DNA from: Welwitschia mirabilis
Taxonomy: Eukaryota
Direction of reading: 5' to 3'
Length of the DNA stretch: 49,479 bases
Assembly: GCA_051453625.1 (NCBI GenBank)
Contig: JBOZIK010000001.1
Location: 18,898,286-18,947,764 of the forward strand
Shown: one piece after another, positions 39,156-49,479 of the stretch
Position numbering within the stretch: position 1 is the stretch's first letter
Layout of the letters: each line of letters begins with the position of its first letter
Translations under genes and position numbers: made by a program
Notes under the pieces: generated by a model
What the model saw: only the letters and a program-made list of their open reading frames with translations
What the model was told of the DNA's origin: nothing
Database searches by the model: none

Positions 39156-39766
39156 AAAAAGGGGGAGAATTAGTTTTTTGCTTTATCATTAAAAATTTGT
39201 TCTCTCCTTTGTCATTGATGTCAAAAAGAGGGAGAATTAGTTGTTTATTGTTAAAGGTTTTTCATATGATTTTAGATGTATGCTCTTGATGAGCACTTCT
39301 AATTTGTAATGTTTGCACTTTTACTTTGTAATGTTTACTTATGTCTAATGAAATGCACTTATCTATTTTGCAAAAAATCAGGTTTCAATTAGTATCTCAA
39401 ATCTAGTTGTGCTTTTCCAGATCATATTGCTCAACATGTTTTTCTTTTGGTATCAGATATGCTTAACTTGAAAAGTTTAAAGTCTTTTAACATTGGAAAT
39501 AAATTCTCTTATATGACATCTGACTAAAATGTTAAATGAGTGATATGATTACATTATGCTTATTATAAAATTGTGCTTTTTTAAACTTTCAAATATGCAT
39601 ACTAGATTGTTCCATTTAAAGCATTAAATTTAATTGATAAAAAATGTCTTAACTTATTTCCAAAGGAGTATTATTTTATAATAGGCATTTCGTAAGGGGG
39701 AGATTTTCTAAAGTTCTAATTTTTTACAACTAAGTATTGTTTTCCCTCAATGTCAAAGGGGGAGAT
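39156..39766 (+). promoter_or_regulatory. Multiple polypurine tracts (Sirevirus signature)
   Basis: aaaaagggggagaat 39156; aaaaagagggagaat 39223; aagggggagat 39694; aaagggggagat 39755-39766 abutting the LTR. Confidence 0.88.
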
Positions 39767-41200
39767 TGTTAGATTATGTTTTACTGATTAATATCAAACT
39801 AATGTTTTCTCTATAGAAAATTTTGTGTATCTTATGTAGAAGATGTTAATTACTTATAGGTCAAAAGATGAAACCAAACCCATCAACTTCTAAGCATTAA
39901 AAACCTATTAGTTCTTTTATCATCTTGAGGGGTCGACTAGATTTCTAATGGGGTTGACCAGACCTGTAACCTAAAGAACCAGTATCCTTAAATTGAATGA
40001 AAAAGAGTTGACTGGATCTTTATGGGGTCGACTGGTTTTGAGAACTTGATAAATACTATCCCTGAACTAAATGAAAAGGGGTCGACTGAACCTATGATGG
40101 GGTTGACCAGATCTGTAAACCAAGGAATAGTACTCCTAAATTGATTATTAAGGGATCAATCAGAACTATGATGGAGGCGACCAGACTTGAGCACTATGCA
40201 ACTGATATGCCTGAGCCGATCATAATGGGGTCGACTAGACACATAAAGAGGTTGATCGGACCCAGACGAGATCGACTGGACATGAAGCCATAAGAAATTA
40301 GGGTGATCAAAATTCTTACTTGGGTGATCTACATAAGTCATGGCACTAGATGGGTTAATCAGAATTTTGAGATGTTGACCAAATGGAATGGAAGTAAAAT
40401 TTTCTAATCATTATGTATCCATTATACAGCCATTAGGTAGTTGTTTTGTAGCTGTGTATAGCTGTTAGAAGTGCATTTCAAATGTAATAAATCCTAAAAG
40501 CCTTCCAATATAAATAACTAAAATATAGATGACCAAAGAATCTTTTTAAACTATATTGAATTGGGTGAATCTATTGGATCTGAAGGATCAAGCATTATAA
40601 TCTTGTGATTTTTACTGTTGTATTTTGGCATCTATACTTCTAACTAAATAAGATATACCATGTGTATCATCTCTACATTCAAGGTTAGATCCTGTGCTTC
40701 CTTCATGTTACATCTATAGGATAAGAGCTCTATCAAATCTATTGAATCAAGAATGAGTGATATCCATGTACTGTTGGCATCATTACATCACTACCTTACT
40801 TTGTGAAAGGTTGATCCTAATCCTTCAAAAGTCCATTTAAAGGTTGAGACTAAGCCTAGAAAAGTCTATTTGTAAAGGTTATAGGTGAACCTAGAATACT
40901 TGGTGGAGTAACGAAGATCCGAGATCTAGCTTGGGATAAGCTGATCATCAAGAGTGGAGTAGGGGGTTTCCCGAACCACTATAAATCTGGTGTGCATCCA
41001 TTTGGTATTTTTATACTTTTAGTCATTATTTCTTTACTTGTATTATTTTCCTATTTCATGCACATTTTGGATTAGTTAATTATTGTATTCAAGTTTTGTT
41101 TAAGATTGGATTCATTTAGAATATTATGTTTCATCTTTTTAAAAGAACCAATTCACCCCCCTTCCCCTCCTTTCCCCCTCTAGGGTTCTCGATCCTATTA
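39767..41200 (+). repeat. SIRE 3' LTR
   Basis: tgttagattatg...cctatta; colinear with the 5' LTR. Confidence 0.93.
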
Positions 41201-41205
41201 GAAAA

Positions 41206-41800
41206 TACTAAACCCTTTTACATCATTAGTCCTAACCTAGAGATTTAAAGATTCTAGAAGAGACATGCATCTAGAACTAAAAAAAATTAAAAAAATCATA
41301 ATAAAGGATAAACATTAGCAATAGATATCCTAATGTTACTATAATAAGTACTCTTAACACATTTTAATCATGTATTTTAAATGGAAAACCAAGTGCTATT
41401 ATAAGTTAAATCAGAGATAAGCTCTTTAAAATTGAGAAAATATGATATGTTAAAATTCCATTACTCTACCCCATTTAAGATAATAACAATAATTTAAGAA
41501 TGTACTTATAAGTTGGAGTTGGCATTTAAGATGTCTAAAATTCATCTGTTCTTCAATACTAGCCTACTTAAACCCTATTATGAAGAGATGAACCATGAGT
41601 ATATTTTGTATTAGAAGCATACATTTGTTAGATCAAACCTTACATTTGATGTTTAATCCTTAGAAGTAATAATATTCTAAACCAAAAAGCTAAGAAATAA
41701 GAGTATTTAATAAGTTTTAGTGAGATGATTGTATTTTAATTAAAATACATGGAAAATTGGAAGTATATATAGTGCACTTATTTCCTACTCTTTAAAACAT
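41206..41800 (+). pseudogene. Chromovirus integrase C-terminus (GPY/F) and chromodomain
   Basis: YSTPFKII....ECTYKLEL..KMSKIHLFFNTSLLKPY; KKLRNKSI**VLVR*...TWK, a decayed form of LRNK.I..V.V.W....TWE. Confidence 0.8.
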
Positions 41801-42000
41801 TTTAAAACTATGTCTAATGCAAAAGGTATTACTACTATATAAAAAATCAAACTCAAAAAATTGGTTAAGTAAATTCTTATTTTAGTGGTTTTCTTTTATA
41901 AAAGAGAAAATGAAGTAAAAAAACTAAGGTCACGAAGAAGAAAACATTACTACACTCATGGAAGAAGAACCATTGCTCAAGGATAATCTAAACGGTTAAT

Positions 42001-42400
42001 GTAAAGGGAATGTGATGTTTTTAGTTCTATTTTTAATAAAATTAACTACATTATAAATTTATTATGTAATTTATAAAATTAATTTTTATTTATTATGTAT
42101 CTATTATGTATGTAATGAAAGGGTTGTTAAGTTAAATTACTACTAATGTAAAATTGTATTCCATTATAAACATCCTTGATAAGATATAAGATAAAAGAAA
42201 TAAACTAGGGTGGAAAGGCTAGGTAGATGTAATCCACAATAACATTGGCTAATCCTCGAGGATTATACGAGAATAACTAATGTCATAGTTTGCACCTTTA
42301 TCTTAGATAACTAGCCCAAGATCTGAATCCTTATCAAGTAAATGTATAAATACTACTAGAATTAATAAATATATTATTCCTTTTTAATTATGAATTCTTA
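42001..42400 (+). repeat. Probable PPT and start of the chromovirus 3' LTR (end uncertain)
   Basis: aaagggaa immediately precedes tgtgatg at 42011, ~200 bp after the chromodomain. No matching 5' LTR was found. Confidence 0.4.
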
Positions 42401-43399
42401 AAATATTTCTTTTAAAAAATATATTTAATTATGACCTAAAAATTTTGTTATGCTTTTAAAATGATTAAAAGGTAAATTATAATATTATTTAAAATTCCAT
42501 TAAAAAGGGATAAATCATTTATATTACCTAATATTCCGTCTCTAAGATTGTCCATCATAATTATTTTAGCTTCATTATTAGTACTTGTAACTTGCATAAA
42601 AAGAGATAACAAAAATAATAGTTGACACCTCATTAATTGTGAAATCATTTGTAGATGGAGGGATTTTGTGCTTTTCCTTCTCTAATAAAATTAATGATTG
42701 ATACTCTAAAAATGCTAATCTTAGTAATTTAATAAATACAACTCTTTACTTAAATAAAACTTACAAATAGACGTTTATAGAAGAGGCATAGATATCAATA
42801 TTTACTCGAATAGATATGCATTTAAATATAAGTATAAACTAACATTTTATTAATAAAGGCTATTAGATTCAAAATAGAATATGTGAAAGATGTGTTTTGA
42901 ATACATAACATTTAGATGTACATAAAAGAGTAAAAAGAATAAAACACTAAGATTGTAAAATTTTTATTTTAAGATTAGGAAGAGGTTTATGTCATAAAAC
43001 CTTCCATATATCATTTTACATACTTATTTAAAAACCTTATCCACTAAACGTTTTTTTTAGGGGGCATGTAAGGGGGATGAAAAATACTAAACTCAAAACT
43101 TGTGGTGATCATACCTTATTTAACAAACGATTTAGTTATACTCGACATATCATAGTATGCTAAAAAGAATATTCAAAGGTCTAAAACCATAACCTTCAAA
43201 ATGGAGAATTAGTGTTCTATTAGTTAGATGACCATATTATTAATTCATTTACTAATAATTATTCCTTTAAAATAGGTATAGAGAATTACTACTTTAAATA
43301 AATACAATTATTTAAAATTTCATATTGAAATTTTAAATTAAAAGTTATGTTTCAACTTAAGAGAAATCATGGGGGAAATAATAGTATTTGCATAGTTTA

Positions 43400-44230
43400 T
43401 TGAACTGCTCTATCTTCCTTAAAAAGTTCTATAATCTATTAGTTTTGCATTAATAAGAAGCTTTTCAAGTTTCTAACTTCGTTAAGAGCTTAAAATTTTT
43501 TAAGTTGACATAAGCACCATATTAGGCATTACAGTTATGCATCATTTATAAGTATGAACTATGGGGAAAAGGGGAGGGGGTATTCCCTTACAAGGGCGAT
43601 GTTGATATTGTCATAAAGTACTACCAATCCGATATGTTGAGTCTTTGTACACTTATACATAGTATGCATAACATGGCCAAGGATATGCCAACATAATAGG
43701 ATAGGGGGTTGACAATGTATAGGGTGAGTTATCATGCTCCAGTTTGAAAGGGGGTTAACACTATATAGGAGGAAGAGTTAACATGTTTCAGTTTGAACTG
43801 AACCGTTCTACATATGTAGTGGGTGCAGTCCACTGTATGGGATATGCAGGGTTGGGACTAATTAGATCTAGTTCAAGAAGTAATATCATGAGGGTGGGTG
43901 GTCATGGTAGTTATTTTCCTTATGTAACTATGCTGAAAATCTTATTCTTAAGGATATAAGTAGGAGAAGATATAAAAGCATATAATATGTTAATAGTTTA
44001 GATTTCTCTTCTTTAGTATGGATATCATCAATGTAATCTATCTTTGTTTTAGTTAGGCTGCTGTAAGGAATTAGNNNNNNNNNNATAAGTCACATGAATC
44101 TATTCAAAGAAGTTTCTTATAGTTTATAGAATTTGTTTAAGCTTGTGTGGATTTTGGAATTCTATCTATTGCATATTCTTTCAATTTTCCACAAAACAAT
44201 TTCAAATAGATCATCACATATATTCAATAT
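43400..44230 (+). mobile_element. Possible further LTR-element fragment
   Basis: Locally GC-richer block, with purine run ggggaaaaggggagggg (~43563) shortly before tgttgat (~43600) and a TATA-like stretch near 43970. No partner copy in the window. Confidence 0.3.
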
Positions 44231-46089
44231 AGAGTAAAAGTATATAATTACATAGAATAACTAAATCACATTATTAAATAGTTGTTATACATGAAAAATT
44301 CCAATTTTTAATAAATCTGTTATTGTAGCATGATGCATTGATAGGGTATGTTAATGCATCATTGTAAATTCTTTTGTGCATCTCTTTATTAAATTAATAT
44401 TTTTCTAAATATATTGGATGAAGTTGTGCTAGCTACGATGTTAGTATGTATGCATTAAAACATATACATTGATGCATCCCTTTTGACATGTTCTCTATGA
44501 AACATCTCTTAAATTAGAAGAATGCATTACCATATTTGTAGATTTCAAATTTGATTCTTCAACATACTTTGTATCTAAATAAAGTATTTTTGAGTCTACT
44601 TTATCATATGAAAATAACCTTATGGACTCATTTTTTAATTATTTAAATATTATTATTTATTTTTTGGTTAAATGATTTTCTTAGATAAATTATTTTAAAT
44701 GTAATTTAATATTAATTCTTTTTATTGTCCATCATATGAGGGATCATTATGAAGGAACTTTTAAGAATCATTATAAATGATTTTTTATTAATTTTACTAC
44801 TAATGAATTTTTTATCATGTTTTTGCTTTAATTGAAATAGTTACATTTAGTTCTTACTTAAAATCTCATGTTGAAAAAAATGGTTTAATGATGTGATCTA
44901 TTTCAACTATGGACTAATTATATAGGTCTTGCATTTTTATTCACATAACCTACATTATTGATTTGTTGGTTATTCACATAGCATACATTTTTGATTTGTC
45001 GGCTATTATTATCTTTAAATGATTTTCTAATGTTAATAGTGTTGTGATTTTCAAAACTTTGTATGTCATTGCTATCATATAGTCATCTAGATCCATTAGT
45101 TTCTTTATTATGTTCTTGGCATCATTTTAAACTTGAATGGATAACTCTATAATAGATTTTTGTATCATGTAATTCTTAGTCTTTTTTACCTTGTATTACT
45201 AATTAATGTGTCTTAAAGGACTCTTATTATTATTAAGATTTTTCATAAAGGATAATATCCTAATATGCTTAAGTCTCATAATGATTGTCTTAATAGTGGA
45301 GTTTTTCTAATTGATTTGATTTATAATCATACCAATTGAATTCTTCATCACTTCCTCATTAATAATTAACTAATGTTATTATGAGTCTTTAATAACTCAT
45401 TAATATAAGTGGTTTTTCTATTTTTTATTCTTATCCTATTTATGCTTTTTTTAATTTTTATTTTCTATTTCTTATCTCACATATATGTTTTCTTTATTAT
45501 TCTTATTCTATGTTAATATCTCTAATATCATGTAAGAACTTAGCAAATTATGTATCATAAAATGAAATTATTAAGTAGAAAAAAATCATAATGTAGGATT
45601 AATGAAAATAATAAGAAATAGAAACTAATGATTGGAAGAAACTAAAAAAGTAAATCTTTTGAATAATAAAACTTGTAAATATTATGAAGAAATTAAATAT
45701 CATAATCCTCATTATTATCTACCATTGTATCTTCAACATTTTTATACAATTCTTAAATCTCACTAACCTATGAAGTGTAAATAGTTTTTAGCCAATTTTA
45801 TGACTTAAATAGTCTTATTTAATAATGATTATTAAAAATCCAACATCATTTTTTAAATTATTAATGAACATATGCTAGTTATTCTTTGATATTAAAATAC
45901 ATTTATTATGTTTATGTGACACCCTCTCTTTTCTTATCCTTATTAAGAAATGTGTTTTTTCCCTTTCCTCTTTCTTTCTTCTTTAATATAATTACCTAAT
46001 AGACATAACAGAACCTAAGATCAAATTTTATTTATTTCTTTATTATAATTTCTATATTCTAAGAAAAACATATCATATAAATATCATAT

Positions 46090-47311
46090 TGTTGCTTTGC
46101 ATATTTGTGCAAATGTTACGTCCTTAAACAAATCTTGAAAATCACCAAAATATATATTGCATAATATAACATACTAATATAGATGGGAGTAACTCAAATG
46201 TCATAATTCTATTAAAGGAATAGACAAGAAAAAAGAGAATTAATTTCAAACAAAACACTTATGCACTTTTAGTAGAATAAAATAATAATGCAAGGTAAAC
46301 AATGCAAATGAATACACTATGCAAATGAGATGCAAAGCTAAGCTAAATGCAACATCTATTCGATTATTCAATTAATCCATCATGGAGATTGACCCTATAT
46401 AATANNNNNNNNNNNNNNNNNNNNNNNNNNNNNNNNNNNNNNNNNNGCAAAGTTAATCTAGAAAATGAAATGCAATGCATCTAAACTAATAATGTTAACC
46501 TTAATAAAGGTTGTCCTCATGACCTATGTCATAAATGAAGCTATCATAGGATTATAAGAAATATAAACAATAAGGAAAATACATAGAAAAAAATATGAAA
46601 AGAAAAATAGAGTTTTGATTAATTCAAACTAACATCTGTATTACGAAGTAGCAACACCTTAGTAAAGGATACACAACCTAACACCAAGGAAGACTTTTCT
46701 CTATAATAACAAGGAATGAATTTCTTACCCTTCAATGTTCTTTCATGAGAATTTTTAATGTCAAATAGGATAAAGTTGGGTTTAAGGATAAAGAACGTAT
46801 TTATTACAAAATAACACTATGAAAACAACAAATACTAATAGACACAGTAAAATCTTAACAGTGGTGCAAGAAGGTGCAAGACGCATGAAAAAAATTTAGT
46901 GAAATTTGGTAAAGTGTTATATTTAGGTATCATCCTGCTAATCATTGAAACATCATAGAAGACAATGCCACATCATGCGGGATCCACATCAACTGCCAAA
47001 TTAGTCCAATAAGCATCCTAGTCATCATAAGTACATCTATTATTTGTACAGTCATTCAAACGATAAGGTGGATGATGAACTTTATAAAGATGTTTCTTAT
47101 GTTTAATCAACCTCTTTAATTACAGGATTGCTGATTCAGACAGGAAATATTGTAATTTTATTTAAATGCTATCAAATGTAATGAAGATTGCATTTTTTTG
47201 TAATATTTGCCTTAGCTCTCCATTATTATTAAAACTCAGCATAAACCTATTTAATTTCTTGAAAAACTACTCAAAATACCTATCAAATACATGCAATTTG
47301 GTAAAGCAACA
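46090..47311 (-). repeat. 3' LTR (same family as the solo LTR at 30909)
   Basis: Terminal inverted repeat tgttgctttgc...gtaaagcaaca (10/11); colinear with 30909-32168 and more distantly with 16501-17746. Confidence 0.9.
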
Positions 47312-47330
47312 TAGCCCTCCACTTAGCCTT
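47312..47330 (-). promoter_or_regulatory. Polypurine tract
   Basis: Reverse complement aaggctaagtggagggcta abuts the LTR. Confidence 0.8.
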
Positions 47331-47949
47331 ATTAGCCTTTGACAAAACCAGATAAACAACCATGATTGCAAGCCAAATTAACTAAAGATAAATCAACTAG
47401 AAAACTATACAATAAACTCAGAAATAATCTTAGAAATCTTAAAATGCAGAATAGAAGTGTCAAAAACAAATAACTAAATTTTTACATGTGTAGAGTAAAT
47501 GGTTGTACTATCATCTGAGTGTCATCTGGATGATAGAGGGGATAACAAGCTTAAAAATTATTCTTGAAAGTTAGGAGCCTTGCCAATTTTTTTGGAAAAA
47601 TATAAACCTTAAAACTTAACAGAATTAATAGGTCCCCCCTTAAATGCATAACATACCATGAAAAATAATCTTATATAATATAAAAAAATTCATCTTAATA
47701 AAATGTCTTAATAATATAATGTGTAATAATATCTCAAAAATCAAAGATCGACATCATGATAATGCTTAAAATCATGTTTATATATAAAATTATAAGCTTT
47801 AATATAACCCACAAAGGAAATATACATAATACAACATAATAAATCACTACCCTTATCATGTCAAAATAAATTCTTATTGCACAGTAGGCTTATGTGTAGG
47901 TGGAAAAGATGGAGAATGCTAAGATCCATATGGAAATTATGGTCAAGGG

Positions 47950-49050
47950 CTATCATGATGTGTCTTTTTGTCTTCTTATACTCTAACTTCCTTTGGGATG
48001 TCAACTATCACACCATGCTCAATGCATAATATGCACTAGTGTATATTAATTAACTACTCCTTAGTATTCTAAACTCTCCTATTAATCATGGATATCCTCT
48101 ACTCTAGTGTGGTGAAGCTTCAGTCTACCACCTATCTAATGCCCTATGTAGTGTTTACTAGGAGAGCTTGAATTTGCTCGATGATAATACCAAATGCAAG
48201 TCTCTATATCTGAGGCCTCTGTGCCTCTTCTAAAATCTGTATGCCCATATCATGTAGGTAATGAACTAAAGTCTGAAGATGCGTGAGTCTCTACTCATCC
48301 ACAAGCTCAAGTATACTAAAGCATCTAAACATAGTTGGGAGGAGACATGGATATCCCAAAGTCTATGGCCATCGAGCCTCGATCACAGTCTGAGTCTCTT
48401 CCAAATAAATCTTGGTAAGTTCATCTACTTATTTGCTTAAATACTACTAGCATCTGAAGGTGAGCTATCATGGCATGACTGTCATAGAATGATGAGCTAA
48501 TGTTGGGGGGTTAACTCTCTATGAAGAATCTGACACAAAGATGATAAACATATCATTAAAGATCCTTGCTTATCACTAGTAACATCAACTGGTATGTGTA
48601 ATGTTGTGTCATAAGCATAGTGCTCCTATATATCACCAGCTAAATGAATGTATGTACTCTTATTTCCATAAATCAGTAATAACAACAATGTAGCTTAGTA
48701 AATCAGATATCTCATGGTCATGAATGTTACCTATAATCACTTTGACAAGGTAGTCAAGAGCATCAAAATGCCTCTCAATGTGTATGGTATCATAAAAATA
48801 TCTAGTATTTGAGGCATAATAAGCTCCATATGCATCTAAAATACATTTTAAGCTCAATATCTATCAGTATCTAATCCACCTTTAGCTCTAATCAACTCAT
48901 AAAATCACTGAAGTACCTCTCTAGTGTTATAGAAGCTATCTGAATGGAAAGAGACTGAACCTAATGAGGTGGAGGGTGAATTGACTCTACCCGCTCAATC
49001 TCAAGTAGTATCAATGGGCTTGCTTCCTTCTCTAATGTCTCAACCTCTAC
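47950..49050 (-). pseudogene. Athila-type 3' accessory ORF, plant-transposon-protein (Transposase_32)-like; approximate ends
   Basis: GAYYASNTRYFYDTI (cf. YP.LVR.FY.N); IGNIHDHEI; MNLPRFIW (~48405-48425); TLGYPCLLPTMFRCFSI (~48315-48365, cf. LPY..LLT.IF...G). Confidence 0.6.
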
Positions 49051-49479
49051 TGCACCTAATTAGTCATAAATGCAAAATGCATCATGTGAGATCAAGTAAA
49101 AATCACTAAAATGTATCTTATGGAATCTCTAAACAAGTCCATAAATTAGTTTTCAATGTGTAAAAATCATAAATCAATACATCTTATATTTCTTAGGTAT
49201 GCGAAGAAAGGTACAAAACATGAGAAAAATTAAAAAAATTTAAAACAGATAAGCCCCATAGAAAGGAAAAAAATGAAAGTACTCAAATCAAAAATTTAAT
49301 TTAGTAGAAGGGTAAAGCTCATCATACTAATTAATTTACCTATAAGGACCACTATGTTTTGACTTAGAGTTTTTAAGAAAATGAGGTTTAAAGTTAAAAA
49401 CCTAATTCTAACTTATAAAACATACAAATTCAAATATCTTATAACATACATAGTGAAAATTAGATACATAAGTACCAAA

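Larger units (their letters stand above)
33837..41200 (+). mobile_element. Complete (decayed) Sirevirus/SIRE Ty1/copia element, no evident env-like ORF
   Basis: ~1.4 kb LTRs; PBS tggtattagagc; multiple PPTs; C-rich LTR end (aattcacccccc...cccctctag); palindromic GTCGAC repeats in the LTR; TSD gaaat (33832-33836) versus gaaaa (41201-41205). Confidence 0.92.
29700..42010 (+). mobile_element. Chromovirus (Tekay/Del-like) Ty3/gypsy element split by two insertions; 5' boundary not located
   Basis: RT, RNase H, integrase and chromodomain remnants lie in gypsy order. Reading rejoins across both insertions. Confidence 0.8.
46090..49479 (-). mobile_element. 3' end of another Athila-type element, continuing beyond the window
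   Basis: LTR, PPT, a 3' region homologous to 17747-18100 and an accessory ORF remnant. Confidence 0.85.

Noticed and set aside
44230-46089. AT-rich stretch that may be another decayed element
   Set aside because: I could not recover any diagnostic motif or boundary, so it is left unannotated.
30909-47311. LTRs at 30909 and 46090 as the two ends of one element
   Set aside because: The first has its own TSD inside a chromovirus RT, and the second has its PPT and internal region on the far (right) side.

Overview
This is a very AT-rich eukaryotic (land-plant-type) window made almost entirely of old, nested, decayed retrotransposons. I found no intact host gene or RNA gene. In order: (1) a degenerate Ty1/copia element (~2260-13200, +) whose RNase H tail is interrupted by an apparently full-length L1-clade LINE (6736-12822, +); (2) an old minus-strand Athila-type Ty3/gypsy remnant, into which a complete Athila-type element (16501-27230, -, TSD GCTTA) has inserted; (3) a plus-strand chromovirus (Tekay/Del-like, ~29700-42000) interrupted by an Athila-family solo LTR (30909-32168) and a complete Sirevirus/SIRE copia element (33837-41200); (4) the 3' LTR and 3' accessory ORF of another Athila-type element that runs off the right edge (46090 onward). 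The standout observation is a third ORF in the LINE (11336-12564), between ORF2 and the poly(A) tail and inside the target-site duplication. It reads as a plant-transposon-protein-like domain, a linker and a C-terminal DnaJ (Hsp40) J-domain, suggesting a LINE lineage that encodes its own Hsp70 co-chaperone module. All coding regions are pseudogenised, mostly by C>T/G>A transitions. Translations and alignments were done by eye, and boundaries marked approximate are estimates.
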